From the IMG/VR virus record IMGVR_UViG_3300025154_000071, positions 1 through 64,000 of that record: DNA of 64,000 bases; one strand, written 5' to 3'. The position numbers were made by a program, and so were the translations under genes. Under the pieces are notes generated by a model that made no database searches, was not told the DNA's origin, and saw only the letters and a program-made list of their open reading frames with translations. This document shows positions 1 through 9,398 of the stretch, one piece after another; position 1 is the first letter of the stretch; every line of letters starts with the position of its first letter. Source of the DNA: a virus. Lineage: Duplodnaviria > Caudoviricetes.

Positions 1-1089
1 GCAACGACTGTTCAAACTGCCGTTGATACGATTGCAGTAATGTTATTAGCGCATGATATTGATTTAGACTCGATAGCAGTTGCTATCAATAATCTTGATT
101 TGAGATTAGATAGTGCAGAGACTAAAATAAATAATATTGATTTAAGATTAGCAAGCGTTGAAGTAGTGTTTGAGGGAGGTTCCACCGGAGAAGTCATCAC
201 TAGGACCGATGATGGATATACTTGGGAAACACCTTCATCTGGTGTTACAGATCACTTATTATTAAGCAACATTGGCACAAATACTCATGCAACTATTGAT
301 CTATTCATAACAACAGCAGAGGCATTATTAAATCAGATTAATCCTGCTGCATTACCTGATGATAGCACAGCATGGGGATATAAAACAGCAACAGGTTATG
401 GCTATTATCCATCAAGCTCAACTGGTGGTGCTACTGTTGAATGTGTTTTAAATCTTGAATATACTGCACGTTCTCAAGGTGATGCAGCAAGTGGATATTA
501 TCGAATATTCGATTATGATGTGACATCATCTGTTATTATAAGTGGCACTGTTGGAGTTACTCAGAATGGCTTATTTCAATATGAGACTACACATTATGCC
601 ATTAGTACATGGGATGATTCTGGTACAGATAAGTTAAGAATAACAATGACATACGATGTTGATGAAACAAGTGATGTACGAGTGTCATATTATGAAACAT
701 TGCCCTTGATGGCAGTGATACAATCAACTAATGTATTAACCACTGATGGATATTTACAGGATGATTTAGATGATAGATACACTAAGGCTGAAGCAAACGC
801 GGTAACCTCGGAAGAAGTGCTGGTGCATAACGAAGATACGAACGCGCACCTTGCAAAATTCGCCGCCATACCATTAGCGACAGCGATCGAAGACACTGCG
901 ATATTTATCAGCTCAAATGTATTCGAATTCAGCGACGACTACGACACCACCGCCGTAGTGCTGTACCGCAACGGCATCATGCAGCCACGAAGGTTGTTTA
1001 CCACCGCTGACGTGGCGAGTAAGACGCGAGTTACATTTATCAGTGCAGTAAACGACAGCGACGAAATCATTTTCATATCCAATAAATAG
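1..1089 (+). CDS. Tail/tail-fibre-like structural protein, 5' end outside the window
   Basis: Frame is open from base 1 (ATG at 40 is internal). N-terminal coiled-coil-like repeats (NNLDLRLDS/NNIDLRLAS), Thr/Ser/Gly beta-rich body, YTKAEANA motif typical of tail-fibre modules; lies upstream of lysis genes. Confidence 0.6.
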   Translation, partial: ATTVQTAVDTIAVMLLAHDIDLDSIAVAINNLDLRLDSAETKINNIDLRLASVEVVFEGGSTGEVITRTDDGYTWETPSSGVTDHLLLSNIGTNTHATIDLFITTAEALLNQINPAALPDDSTAWGYKTATGYGYYPSSSTGGATVECVLNLEYTARSQGDAASGYYRIFDYDVTSSVIISGTVGVTQNGLFQYETTHYAISTWDDSGTDKLRITMTYDVDETSDVRVSYYETLPLMAVIQSTNVLTTDGYLQDDLDDRYTKAEANAVTSEEVLVHNEDTNAHLAKFAAIPLATAIEDTAIFISSNVFEFSDDYDTTAVVLYRNGIMQPRRLFTTADVASKTRVTFISAVNDSDEIIFISNK

Positions 1090-1102
1090 GAGGAAGTATA
1101 AC

Positions 1103-2545
1103 ATGAAAAAGGTATTATTCATAGCCGTTATCGGTATTTTGTTATTCTCTACGGTAGCATTCGCACAGAGTGGATTCGTAAGCCCGGACCAAGTGATGCC
1201 CAACGCGCCTCACATGGTCAATAATCAGTTGTTCAGGAATGTCCCGTTCATTGGAGCATCCCAAATGAATAGTTATATTGCCAACTCCAGTAACGGGTTT
1301 ATTGGGATGGGCGATAATAACTATATAGCGTATGTTCATTCGGTTTTTAGTGTAAGAGGGTACAAACTGAGGGCATTCAAAATGGTAAACGGAAGAATAA
1401 CCCAAAAAGGCCCGATTTTGCTTACCGAAGACTTGGACAACAAATACGAACCAGTAATGGTGTCGTTATCTGCTACGAATGCAGTTTTTTGCATCTCAAA
1501 CTACAGTACCAGTTTGAGGTCCTACTGTGTTACTTTGAATCCCTCAACATTGACCTTGACAATGAGCGCGGCACACAATGACACTACCGCATCGTATATA
1601 TGTGGTATTTTTTTAAATCTGATGAGGTATTCAGACACCCAAGCCATTCTGACCACCTTCGACGCAGGAGCAAATAAGACAACGATGAGATATATCAATA
1701 CATCGGCAGGAAGTATAACAAGCGTGAGCGGGCACGTATCCGATTCTTTTTCCTATACTTCCTCGGCATTACATAGTGGAATGGTGACGGACAACCATTT
1801 TACATCGTTTACTGTGAATAATGGTAGTAATTATATTCAAACAGTTTATGCGAACGGAAGCGGATTCACCAGAAGTGCATTCTCGACTACTGCAATAAGC
1901 CCTGGCACAAACATGACTGGTATATTTTTTAGGGGCAAAGGAAGAGCGACAGCGATAGCAGGTGTCGCATTTGCCTATTCAAACAACACCCTTGATGTAG
2001 GTTCTACCAACCCTGTGCATTATGTGGTTTCGAACTCGACATCCTCTGCGTTGTACAATACCGATGCCGGGGACATTTACCAAAAAATTTCAATCGCAAT
2101 AGACGACACTTACGCTGTTTTATTAGGAGTTCGAAGCAATTCCAATATGAATGTTCCGATACTTTTTTTGTTAGGATTCGATAATGAGCAGACCGTCACC
2201 ACAGCGCAACAAATAAACGCAAATATTAGCATATGCGATATAAAGTATCTGGTCAATATGCCAATAGACCCTTATGTGACAGGAGGAACGTCACAAGCCA
2301 ATAGGTCCTACACCCCATTCGTTAGCATTTATTTGCAGAGTTCGTCTAATTACAGTTTGTCTCCGGCAAATAAAAACTATTGGTATTACGATTCCAACGA
2401 AAAGATTTTGTATTTCGGAGCACCTTGGGGTTGGCAAGGCAATCAAGAGGGTTCTAAAGCAAACGCCTCCACATTTATGATAGTCCCAATCAAGATTGAA
2501 ATAGACGAAGCGGGGGCAAGGTTTGGAACGCTTAACCTTAAATAA
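1103..2545 (+). CDS. Signal-peptide-bearing beta-rich protein (possible propeller/adhesin)
   Basis: GGAGG RBS; MKKVLFIAVIGILLFSTVAFA|Q Sec-type leader; Ser/Thr/Asn-rich beta strands. Function unknown. Confidence 0.6.
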   Translation: MKKVLFIAVIGILLFSTVAFAQSGFVSPDQVMPNAPHMVNNQLFRNVPFIGASQMNSYIANSSNGFIGMGDNNYIAYVHSVFSVRGYKLRAFKMVNGRITQKGPILLTEDLDNKYEPVMVSLSATNAVFCISNYSTSLRSYCVTLNPSTLTLTMSAAHNDTTASYICGIFLNLMRYSDTQAILTTFDAGANKTTMRYINTSAGSITSVSGHVSDSFSYTSSALHSGMVTDNHFTSFTVNNGSNYIQTVYANGSGFTRSAFSTTAISPGTNMTGIFFRGKGRATAIAGVAFAYSNNTLDVGSTNPVHYVVSNSTSSALYNTDAGDIYQKISIAIDDTYAVLLGVRSNSNMNVPILFLLGFDNEQTVTTAQQINANISICDIKYLVNMPIDPYVTGGTSQANRSYTPFVSIYLQSSSNYSLSPANKNYWYYDSNEKILYFGAPWGWQGNQEGSKANASTFMIVPIKIEIDEAGARFGTLNLK

Positions 2546-2639
2546 GGGGATGCGAAAAAACAAATGTAACCTTAGGATAAATGAGGAAGCATATTATTAA
2601 AATATAAAATAAAGAGCCTTTAAATAGTTTTAAATAGTT

Positions 2640-2921
2640 CTTTATTTTTATCAAAATTTATGATAATATAAATCCAAATGATTCAATCATTTCTTGCAGA
2701 GGTTTAGGGAAAATTCTCAAACTAATGCAAGTTTTTTTAAAATCACGTGAAAGGTTATAAATGGCAATAGTTTTTATGGAAAGAAACATTCAGATGAAAT
2801 AAAATTAAAAATGTCGCAAATACATAAAAACATAAGCGAAGAAACAAGAAATAAAATGAGATTAGCACAGCGAAAAAGGCAAGAAAATAACAGAAGACTG
2901 ATTAACGCTTTCTCCATTTGA
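2640..2921 (+). pseudogene. Decayed NUMOD3-containing homing endonuclease remnant
   Basis: 2760-2921 reads NGNSFYGKKHSDEIKLKMSQIHKNISEETRNKMRLAQ (NUMOD3-like), with an in-frame TGA at 2748-2750 and no start codon. Confidence 0.6.
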
Positions 2922-2946
2922 CATTCCATAAAATAAATGCTATTAT
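2918..2946 (+). promoter_or_regulatory. sigma70-type promoter
   Basis: TTGACA(2918)-17 bp-TATTAT(2941), upstream of the AGGAGG RBS of 2979. Confidence 0.7.
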
Positions 2947-2978
2947 AAATTCAGTATAAATATTAGGAGGGATCTACT

Positions 2979-3512
2979 ATGAAAAAAATTATCACTTTAT
3001 CAATCTTATTTACTTTAATCTTTATGGGCATTGCATTTGCAGCAACAGTTGTATCATCTGATGTAACATCAACAACTGCTACATGGACAGATACTTTACT
3101 TAAAGGTGCTATGTCAATTGCTTTATTAGCATTATCATGGCTTGCTAAAGCTATTATTCCTATCATATCACGTAAAGGTGATTCAATGTTTGATGCTTTA
3201 TGGGCTTATTTAACTGAATTATCGAAGAAGATTACAAATGAGCGTATATCGAGTCGCATTAAAGATTTAATTGCTATTCTTAATAAAGGTACAGATGATT
3301 TATGTGCTATTGCTGGCAAAGCTAAAGTTGAGCGTAAATCTGATGGCTCTATTGTTATAACTAACTTAGCTGAACTTAAAGCAGAGGCATTAAATAATGT
3401 AACACCTCAGATAACTAATTCAACTAAAGACTTAGCGAAACAGATAGGCATTGATATTGAAGCTGAAATAGAAAATCAGATTAAACTTAAAGTCGCTAAG
3501 GTGGCACTTTGA
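2979..3512 (+). CDS. Membrane protein, possibly LL-H-like holin, with N-terminal signal peptide
   Basis: MKKIITLSILFTLIFMGIAFA|A leader, a second hydrophobic segment, helical C-terminus ending IEAEIENQI; near the amidase. Confidence 0.45.
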   Translation: MKKIITLSILFTLIFMGIAFAATVVSSDVTSTTATWTDTLLKGAMSIALLALSWLAKAIIPIISRKGDSMFDALWAYLTELSKKITNERISSRIKDLIAILNKGTDDLCAIAGKAKVERKSDGSIVITNLAELKAEALNNVTPQITNSTKDLAKQIGIDIEAEIENQIKLKVAKVAL

Positions 3513-3534
3513 ACTATATAATCATTACTTAACA

Positions 3535-3810
3535 GTGGCTGCTAACGCTATCTTACGAGAAGCGTTAGCAATTGCTCGTAAGAAAGCTACCGTTGATGGC
3601 AAGGGCAATTATATAGCAACGCCATCTATAACAGTGTATAAGGCAGAAAATGCAACAGTTAAGGTTGGAAAGTTTTATCATAATGGCACCGGAGTTTATA
3701 TAGGCGCTGAGGTAGAGATAGGAGATAGTGGAAGACAAACGGTTTTATATCCTATCGATACGAACGCTATACAAAAGCAAGGATTTACGTTTACGAGGAG
3801 TGATATATAA
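3535..3810 (+). CDS. Hypothetical protein
   Basis: GTG-start ORF; stop overlaps the next start (TAATG). Confidence 0.55.
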   Translation: MAANAILREALAIARKKATVDGKGNYIATPSITVYKAENATVKVGKFYHNGTGVYIGAEVEIGDSGRQTVLYPIDTNAIQKQGFTFTRSDI

Positions 3811-4097
3811 TGAAAGCATGTTGGTGTGCGATGCCGGCAATAAACGGGAATAATGATTGTTGTAAACATTGTCCAAATAATGATGCGACAGACCATAAGT
3901 CACATTTTGTGTGGACAACAGTAGGTGATGAGACAATTACTCCTATTCCTTCTGATGTTTTTGATTGGTCAAAATATTATGGCAATTTAAAAATAAAACC
4001 GATGATAGATGTTGTTAAAGAAAATATTGAAGGACTAACTCTCAAAGAGATAAAAGAATTAATGGAATATATGAAGAAATTCGATGGGCTAAAATAA
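3810..4097 (+). CDS. Hypothetical protein, Cys-rich N-terminus
   Basis: GAGGAG RBS; translationally coupled to the upstream ORF. Confidence 0.6.
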   Translation: MKACWCAMPAINGNNDCCKHCPNNDATDHKSHFVWTTVGDETITPIPSDVFDWSKYYGNLKIKPMIDVVKENIEGLTLKEIKELMEYMKKFDGLK

Positions 4098-4106
4098 GGA
4101 GATAGA

Positions 4107-4586
4107 ATGGTTAAGAAGATAATGCTATGGATAGTTAATACATTTTGGAACTTTATCTATCCTGAGTGGACAGACGCAGAAGTTAAAGCATTCTACGATA
4201 AGTTTAGCAACTACTTTGAATTAGCTTTATACCTTCAAACATATGGCTTTAAATATAAACCAGACGGAATGAATGTATTGCCTATTCATCGTTTAGATAC
4301 ATTCGCAAGGCCATCTCAAGTATTGGCCAGAAAAATGTATAATTGTAGCGATGCAATGCGGCTAATATCAGAATTTATTCGATACAAGAAATGCGCTGAT
4401 AGTATTGAAGAGATATTCTTATATAACGGCGAGATCGGAAACTGGCATTACATTATGATAATATCTGATAGAGGCAAACAATATATACAATCAAATATTT
4501 TTGTAAATGCACTAACACCAGAGTCAATGGCAGAGTATAAGAATGATTACAAACATTGGGATGTTATTGACACATGGCAAAGATAA
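4107..4586 (+). CDS. Transglutaminase-like cysteine protease
   Basis: YNCSDAM (catalytic Cys helix) and downstream WHY (His); AAGGAG RBS. Confidence 0.5.
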   Translation: MVKKIMLWIVNTFWNFIYPEWTDAEVKAFYDKFSNYFELALYLQTYGFKYKPDGMNVLPIHRLDTFARPSQVLARKMYNCSDAMRLISEFIRYKKCADSIEEIFLYNGEIGNWHYIMIISDRGKQYIQSNIFVNALTPESMAEYKNDYKHWDVIDTWQR

Positions 4587-4607
4587 AGTTATAATAGGTG
4601 ATATATT

Positions 4608-5198
4608 ATGAAATGCCCACATTGCAATAACGATATAGTTATAGATACGATTACATTGAAAAAGGCGGTGACTCCTGTGTTAAAGATAGATGATAAACCT
4701 AAAGTGGAGTTAGTTATTAAATCAGACTTAGGCGATAGAGTTATAAAGGCGGGTAATGCTCGCACAAGAGGAACTAATCTTAATATAGATAAGATAGTAT
4801 TCCATTCTCAGGGCGTTCCTGATAACTTTGGCGACGTTAAGGCATTATCAAGTATTCAAAATTGGTTTACATCATCGAGAGAGAGCGGCAAATCATCTGC
4901 TCATTATTTTGTTAATTTTAATGGCGATATTCACCAACTCGTTCCCGATGATGCAGTAGCATATCACGCTGGCACTAACGGCAATAAGAATAGCATAGGC
5001 GTTGAATTTGCGGGTAGCACGAATAGAGAGCATTTTACGCCAGAGCAAGAAGTATCAGGCAAGCTATTAGTGTTATATCTTAAATCAAAGCACCCTATTA
5101 AAATAATCAATACGCATACAGATTTTGGTAAGCCAGGATGCCCATTTATAGATGGCAGTAATAATCCATTTATAAAAGAAGTGAATAAATTACTGTGA
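4608..5198 (+). CDS. Endolysin, N-acetylmuramoyl-L-alanine amidase (Amidase_2)
   Basis: IVFHS, SSAHYFV, AYHAG, NKNSIGVEF, H..F.KPGCP Zn-amidase motifs. Confidence 0.92.
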   Translation: MKCPHCNNDIVIDTITLKKAVTPVLKIDDKPKVELVIKSDLGDRVIKAGNARTRGTNLNIDKIVFHSQGVPDNFGDVKALSSIQNWFTSSRESGKSSAHYFVNFNGDIHQLVPDDAVAYHAGTNGNKNSIGVEFAGSTNREHFTPEQEVSGKLLVLYLKSKHPIKIINTHTDFGKPGCPFIDGSNNPFIKEVNKLL

Positions 5199-5205
5199 GG
5201 CCATT

Positions 5206-5505
5206 ATGAAGATACAAAAGTCAAACAACAATAAAGGACACGGTTATGGTATTGTTTTCCCAGATTGGCTTGCTTATCTGATCTTTATTGGTTTGATAAC
5301 ATTGCTTTCTGGATTTTCATTCGCAGTGATTGTTGCTATAAGATTAATAGGCATCCCATTAGAATATAATACATGGGCGCTTGTATTCGGATTAGATTGT
5401 TTTATCGTATTAACATTCATGGCATATGAGCGTTATGAATATTGGAAACGCATGGCAGAGTGGAAGAAAAGCAAAGAGGAGAATAACAATGAAAATACAA
5501 AATAG
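5206..5505 (+). CDS. Small two-TM membrane protein (paralog A)
   Basis: Two hydrophobic segments; starts MKIQKSNNNKGHGY. Confidence 0.7.
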   Translation: MKIQKSNNNKGHGYGIVFPDWLAYLIFIGLITLLSGFSFAVIVAIRLIGIPLEYNTWALVFGLDCFIVLTFMAYERYEYWKRMAEWKKSKEENNNENTK

Positions 5506-5800
5506 CAAATCCAACAAAGGACATGGTTATGCCGAATATTATATAGCGATGTCTTGGTGCGCTAAACTTAAATGGCCTTATTTAATATTAACATTTCCTG
5601 AAATGCTAATGGATAAAATAGGATTACCTCCTTTTATAGCAATGATGGTAGCTAAGATAATGCCATTCTTCGTTAATATAGAAACTAATGATTACGCTAT
5701 GTTCTATTTTATGATAGCTCATATGATAGCATGGCTAATGATTTATGCTGGAATATATATTGGCTATAGAGTTATAAAAGGAAAAAGGAAAAATAAATGA
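5489..5800 (+). CDS. Small membrane protein (paralog B)
   Basis: Likely start 5489 after GAGGAG; starts MKIQNSKSNKGHGY; hydrophobic segments. Confidence 0.7.
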   Translation: MKIQNSKSNKGHGYAEYYIAMSWCAKLKWPYLILTFPEMLMDKIGLPPFIAMMVAKIMPFFVNIETNDYAMFYFMIAHMIAWLMIYAGIYIGYRVIKGKRKNK

Positions 5801-5863
5801 TTAAGTTAATTGAAATGATGATTAATATATTGTATCGAGATTATTTAAAGGATGTGTGCAATT

Positions 5864-6385
5864 ATGATGAAGCCGTCTAAGGCAATAGTGTATTTGTTTA
5901 TCATTGGTGTATTAATAACAGGGATATACACTGATGGATATGCACAGAATAAGATTAGTGATGGACAAGTTAGGGAAAGTTATGCTAAGAGTGCTGATGT
6001 TTACACCAAAGCAGAGGTTAATGCTACTGTTGAATCGGCTATTGCGGCGATACCGGCGGCGAGCGTAAATATAACTTTAGAAGCAACGGCGGCAGAAACT
6101 ATTGTTATTGGCGATGTCGTATCGCTCCTGAATACAAATGATGTGATTACTGTTAAAAAGACAGATAATACTAATGTAGCTGGAATAGCACAAAATTCGT
6201 GCGATACAAGTGAGGCATGTATTGTATTATTAAAAGGAACTGATGCAAATCAGAGCGGATTGGTTACTGGCGCATTATATTATAGACAGGCAGATTACAG
6301 TATTGACACGGATGCCGTTTCAATTAATGGCTCATATATTTTTGTGGGTTACGCAAAATCCGCCACGGAAATCGTACTTGATTGA
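5864..6385 (+). CDS. Signal-peptide protein with YTKAE motif and capsid-cement-like (DUF2190-like) C-terminus
   Basis: Leader ending GYA|Q; YTKAEVNA; A.ETI..GDVV...VAGIA...IVLLKG pattern resembling cement/tail beta-domains. Confidence 0.45.
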   Translation: MMKPSKAIVYLFIIGVLITGIYTDGYAQNKISDGQVRESYAKSADVYTKAEVNATVESAIAAIPAASVNITLEATAAETIVIGDVVSLLNTNDVITVKKTDNTNVAGIAQNSCDTSEACIVLLKGTDANQSGLVTGALYYRQADYSIDTDAVSINGSYIFVGYAKSATEIVLD

Positions 6386-6414
6386 TTGACAGATGTTATC
6401 TTTTGTGATATAAT
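6386..6414 (+). promoter_or_regulatory. Consensus sigma70 promoter
   Basis: TTGACA-17 bp-TATAAT with TG extension, directly before the HNH gene. Confidence 0.85.
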
Positions 6415-6445
6415 TGTTGGCAATAAAAGATAATGGAGGTCAAAA

Positions 6446-7066
6446 ATGAACATCTGTGTCTCGTTTAGAAAAGATAGTGGGAAATGGAGAAGGATGGAAA
6501 GGGAAAATGGCAAATGGAGAACTAAAAACTACTTTTTGACAAAAGAAGATGCTCAAAATAATATTAATCCAATAGTTTCAAAAACAGAAAGGATGTGTTG
6601 GATTGATAATTCCATTTGTTATATTCCATTGGCTTCTGGCGAAATAGCACAATGCGACGAAGATAGATTTCAAGAGGTTGATAAACATTTCTGGTGTTTA
6701 ACAAGAGGCGGTTATCCCCAAGCAAGAGTAAACAATAAATTAATTTCCTTACATCGCTTTTTGTATCCAGAAATAGAACGCCTTGACCATATAAATATGA
6801 ACCCTCTTGATAATCGTTCTTGTAATCTTCGCCCATGTGATAGAAGCCAAAACGGTTCAAATAGAACAAAACAAAAGAACAACACCACGGGATTCAAGGG
6901 AGTGGTAAAACATAAACAAAATGGCAATTTTGTAGCACAAATATTTTGCAAACAGAAAAGAATACATATAGGTTGTTTTAGTACCGCCGAAGAAGCAGGG
7001 AAAGCCTACGACACTAAGGCCAAAGAGTTATTTGGCGAATATGCAAATCTTAATTTTAAAGAATAA
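6446..7066 (+). CDS. HNH homing endonuclease with AP2 DNA-binding domain
   Basis: LDHINMNPLDNRSCNLR HNH core; TTGFKGV...F.TAEEA.KAYD..AKELFGEYA.LNF AP2 domain. Confidence 0.92.
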   Translation: MNICVSFRKDSGKWRRMERENGKWRTKNYFLTKEDAQNNINPIVSKTERMCWIDNSICYIPLASGEIAQCDEDRFQEVDKHFWCLTRGGYPQARVNNKLISLHRFLYPEIERLDHINMNPLDNRSCNLRPCDRSQNGSNRTKQKNNTTGFKGVVKHKQNGNFVAQIFCKQKRIHIGCFSTAEEAGKAYDTKAKELFGEYANLNFKE

Positions 7067-7079
7067 AGGAAGGTAATTT

Positions 7080-7163
7080 ATGAAACGAAGTGAATTTTAC
7101 GCCACCATGTGCATTGTTATCATACTTTGCTCGATGTCAACGGTTTTTGCCGTTATAGTATAG
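7080..7163 (+). pseudogene. Orphan 27-aa signal-peptide ORF, paralogous to the N-terminus of 8147..8617
   Basis: MKRSEFYATMCIVIILCSMSTVFAVIV* versus MLKRSEFYTFMVILMVFLGFSVSHAV; has its own RBS. Confidence 0.6.
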
Positions 7164-7171
7164 GAGTTTAT

Positions 7172-8143
7172 ATGAAACGCATTATTTATAAAATTACAAA
7201 TTTAATAAACAACAAAATATATATTGGCCAAACTAAAAATTTTGAGCAAAGAGTCAAAGCGCACTGCAAAGCTAATCGACAACGCCCAACATTAATATCA
7301 AAGACTATACAAAAATATGGCAAAGAGAATTTTGCTTTTGAAATACTCTATAAAGTTGATGAATCAGAAATAGACCAATTAGAAATTCAAACCATACAAA
7401 AATTTGATTGTATATGTCCGAAAGGATACAATTTAAGCCTTGGCGGCGACACGATAAGGCAACATAGTGAAGAAACGAAAGAGAAAATAAGAAAAACAAA
7501 AACGGGAAGAAAAAATTCAGAAGAATCGAAAAGAAAACTATCAGAAACGTGGAAAAAGCAAGGAGTTTGGAATAAGGGTCTTAAAATGTCCGAAGAATAT
7601 ATAAAAAAGAACTGTGGAAAAACTAAAGGAAAGGTTTCGCCGTTAAGAGGTCGTAAGATGTCAGATGAGCAAAGAAACAAAATGTCTGTAATACAAAAGC
7701 AATATTTCAAAGAGCATCCCGAAGCACTCATTAGATTATCTATGGCGTCTAAAGGCCGTCCCTCTCCCAAAAAAGGCATTCCTCTTTCTGATGAAACAAA
7801 AAAGAAGTTATCCATATCTAAAACTGGACAGAAACATACAGAGGAATCCAAAAAGAAAATGAGTTTATCTCATATGGGGCATCCAAGCTATACAAAAGGG
7901 AGAAAGAGTACGGAAGAGGAAAATAAAAAAAGATCTGAATCAATGAAAAGAGCATATCAGACACATCCCGAAATTAAAGAGAAAAAATCTCGGTCAATGA
8001 AACTGGCATACGCCAAAAATCCGCAACTATTGCAAAAACGTTCTGAACGGATGAAGGCTTTTTATGCCAGTATGACAGAACAACAAAAGCGAGATTTCTT
8101 TAAAAATAGGGTTAATAAAAATAAAAATAAAATTGGAGAGTGA
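7172..8143 (+). CDS. GIY-YIG homing endonuclease with many NUMOD3 repeats
   Basis: IIYKITNLINNKIYIGQT...R...H; GYN; repeated HSEETKEKI/HTEESKKKMS motifs; start 7172 after AGGAG. Confidence 0.93.
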   Translation: MKRIIYKITNLINNKIYIGQTKNFEQRVKAHCKANRQRPTLISKTIQKYGKENFAFEILYKVDESEIDQLEIQTIQKFDCICPKGYNLSLGGDTIRQHSEETKEKIRKTKTGRKNSEESKRKLSETWKKQGVWNKGLKMSEEYIKKNCGKTKGKVSPLRGRKMSDEQRNKMSVIQKQYFKEHPEALIRLSMASKGRPSPKKGIPLSDETKKKLSISKTGQKHTEESKKKMSLSHMGHPSYTKGRKSTEEENKKRSESMKRAYQTHPEIKEKKSRSMKLAYAKNPQLLQKRSERMKAFYASMTEQQKRDFFKNRVNKNKNKIGE

Positions 8144-8146
8144 GTT

Positions 8147-8617
8147 ATGTTAAAGCGTTCGGAATTTTATACTTTTATGGTAATTCTTATGGTATTTTTG
8201 GGGTTTTCAGTAAGTCATGCCGTCTCGTACCAGCCGCAGATTATTCAGCCGACGAAGCCGTATCAAAAAAGTCACCAATATACGGCGGCCGATGCAAATT
8301 TTAACACCGTGTTAGATACAACTTCCGGGGCAGGCGTGGTAAATAAAGTAAATGTTTTTGCGGCAGCAAGCAATGATTTAATTGTTATAAAAATAACTGT
8401 TGACGGCGTTGCTTATGAAATAAAAGGGCCGACCACAAGTACCGTCGAAAATTCTGCGGCTGGTATATACGTTTTAAATGCGACTACAGCAGAACAAAAT
8501 AAGGAAAGTCTATTATTTCACGGACCACTTTTTTTTAAAACCTCTATAAAAATAGAAGTAAGCGTAAATTCTTTTAACGCCAATATTCAAGCAAATGTTG
8601 ACTACGCACTCGAATAA
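8147..8617 (+). CDS. Signal-peptide beta-sandwich-like protein
   Basis: Leader ending SHA|V; beta-rich mature part. Confidence 0.6.
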   Translation: MLKRSEFYTFMVILMVFLGFSVSHAVSYQPQIIQPTKPYQKSHQYTAADANFNTVLDTTSGAGVVNKVNVFAAASNDLIVIKITVDGVAYEIKGPTTSTVENSAAGIYVLNATTAEQNKESLLFHGPLFFKTSIKIEVSVNSFNANIQANVDYALE

Positions 8618-8672
8618 TATAGGAGGCACTCATGGTAGCTATTTCTGAACTAAATTAATCATAGGAGCAACA

Positions 8673-9020
8673 ATGATAAAATTACCAACATCGATTAAAA
8701 TAGATAACATAACTTATACAGTTAAACTTGTTCCTGACCTTGTAGCAGATGATGACCCTAATGAATCACTGCTTGGCTGTGTTAGTTATTCCGATGCTGT
8801 TATTAAGATATCAAAACAGAGCAAAGACTCTGCTGTCAATAGTTTAGGACACGAAATATCGCATGCAATTTTTTTTGAAAGAAACATTGATGACTTAATC
8901 AAAGATAAAGATTCAGAAACTGTTGTTGATTGTGTTGCTAAGGCCTTTGTTCAGATAATAAGAGATAATCCAGAATTAAGAGATTTTATCAGAGATAAAA
9001 AGGGGAAAAAGAAGAAATGA
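8673..9020 (+). CDS. HExxH metallopeptidase-like phage protein
   Basis: SLGHEISHA motif preceded by G...Y....I.I pattern. Confidence 0.7.
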   Translation: MIKLPTSIKIDNITYTVKLVPDLVADDDPNESLLGCVSYSDAVIKISKQSKDSAVNSLGHEISHAIFFERNIDDLIKDKDSETVVDCVAKAFVQIIRDNPELRDFIRDKKGKKKK

Positions 9021-9340
9021 AAATGCGTCAATTATTAGATAAATTCAAATATGAAACCTCTTCAATGAAATTTTGGAAGAATAAAAATAAACAAAAAAGC
9101 ATAACAGAAGAAATTAAACGGCCAGAGCCTGATATAATATTAGTCGAATGCCTCCCGATGGAAGAGCCTAACAAAGACTCGTTATATCTGGAATTTATGC
9201 TGTGCATGTTTGCTATGGTAGTTATATTTTTGGTGATGTTATCTGTTGTTGATGATGTTAGAAATGACCATTTACAGAAATATCATTTAAATAACATACA
9301 AATAAAACAAACAAACATAGTTGACTCAATCACCAAATGA
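9017..9340 (+). CDS. Single-TM hypothetical protein
   Basis: ATGA overlap; one hydrophobic segment. Confidence 0.55.
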   Translation: MKMRQLLDKFKYETSSMKFWKNKNKQKSITEEIKRPEPDIILVECLPMEEPNKDSLYLEFMLCMFAMVVIFLVMLSVVDDVRNDHLQKYHLNNIQIKQTNIVDSITK

Positions 9341-9349
9341 TGTTATAAT
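9321..9349 (+). promoter_or_regulatory. sigma70-type promoter
   Basis: TTGACT-17 bp-TATAAT with TG extension. Confidence 0.75.
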
Positions 9350-9398
9350 GAAATTGCAGTAGAATGGTTTCGCAGAATTTAAAGTAAAGGAATTAGTA

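Noticed and set aside
6446-8143. Insertion sequence or intron-encoded status of the endonucleases
   Set aside because: No transposase, terminal inverted repeats or split host gene; they appear free-standing.
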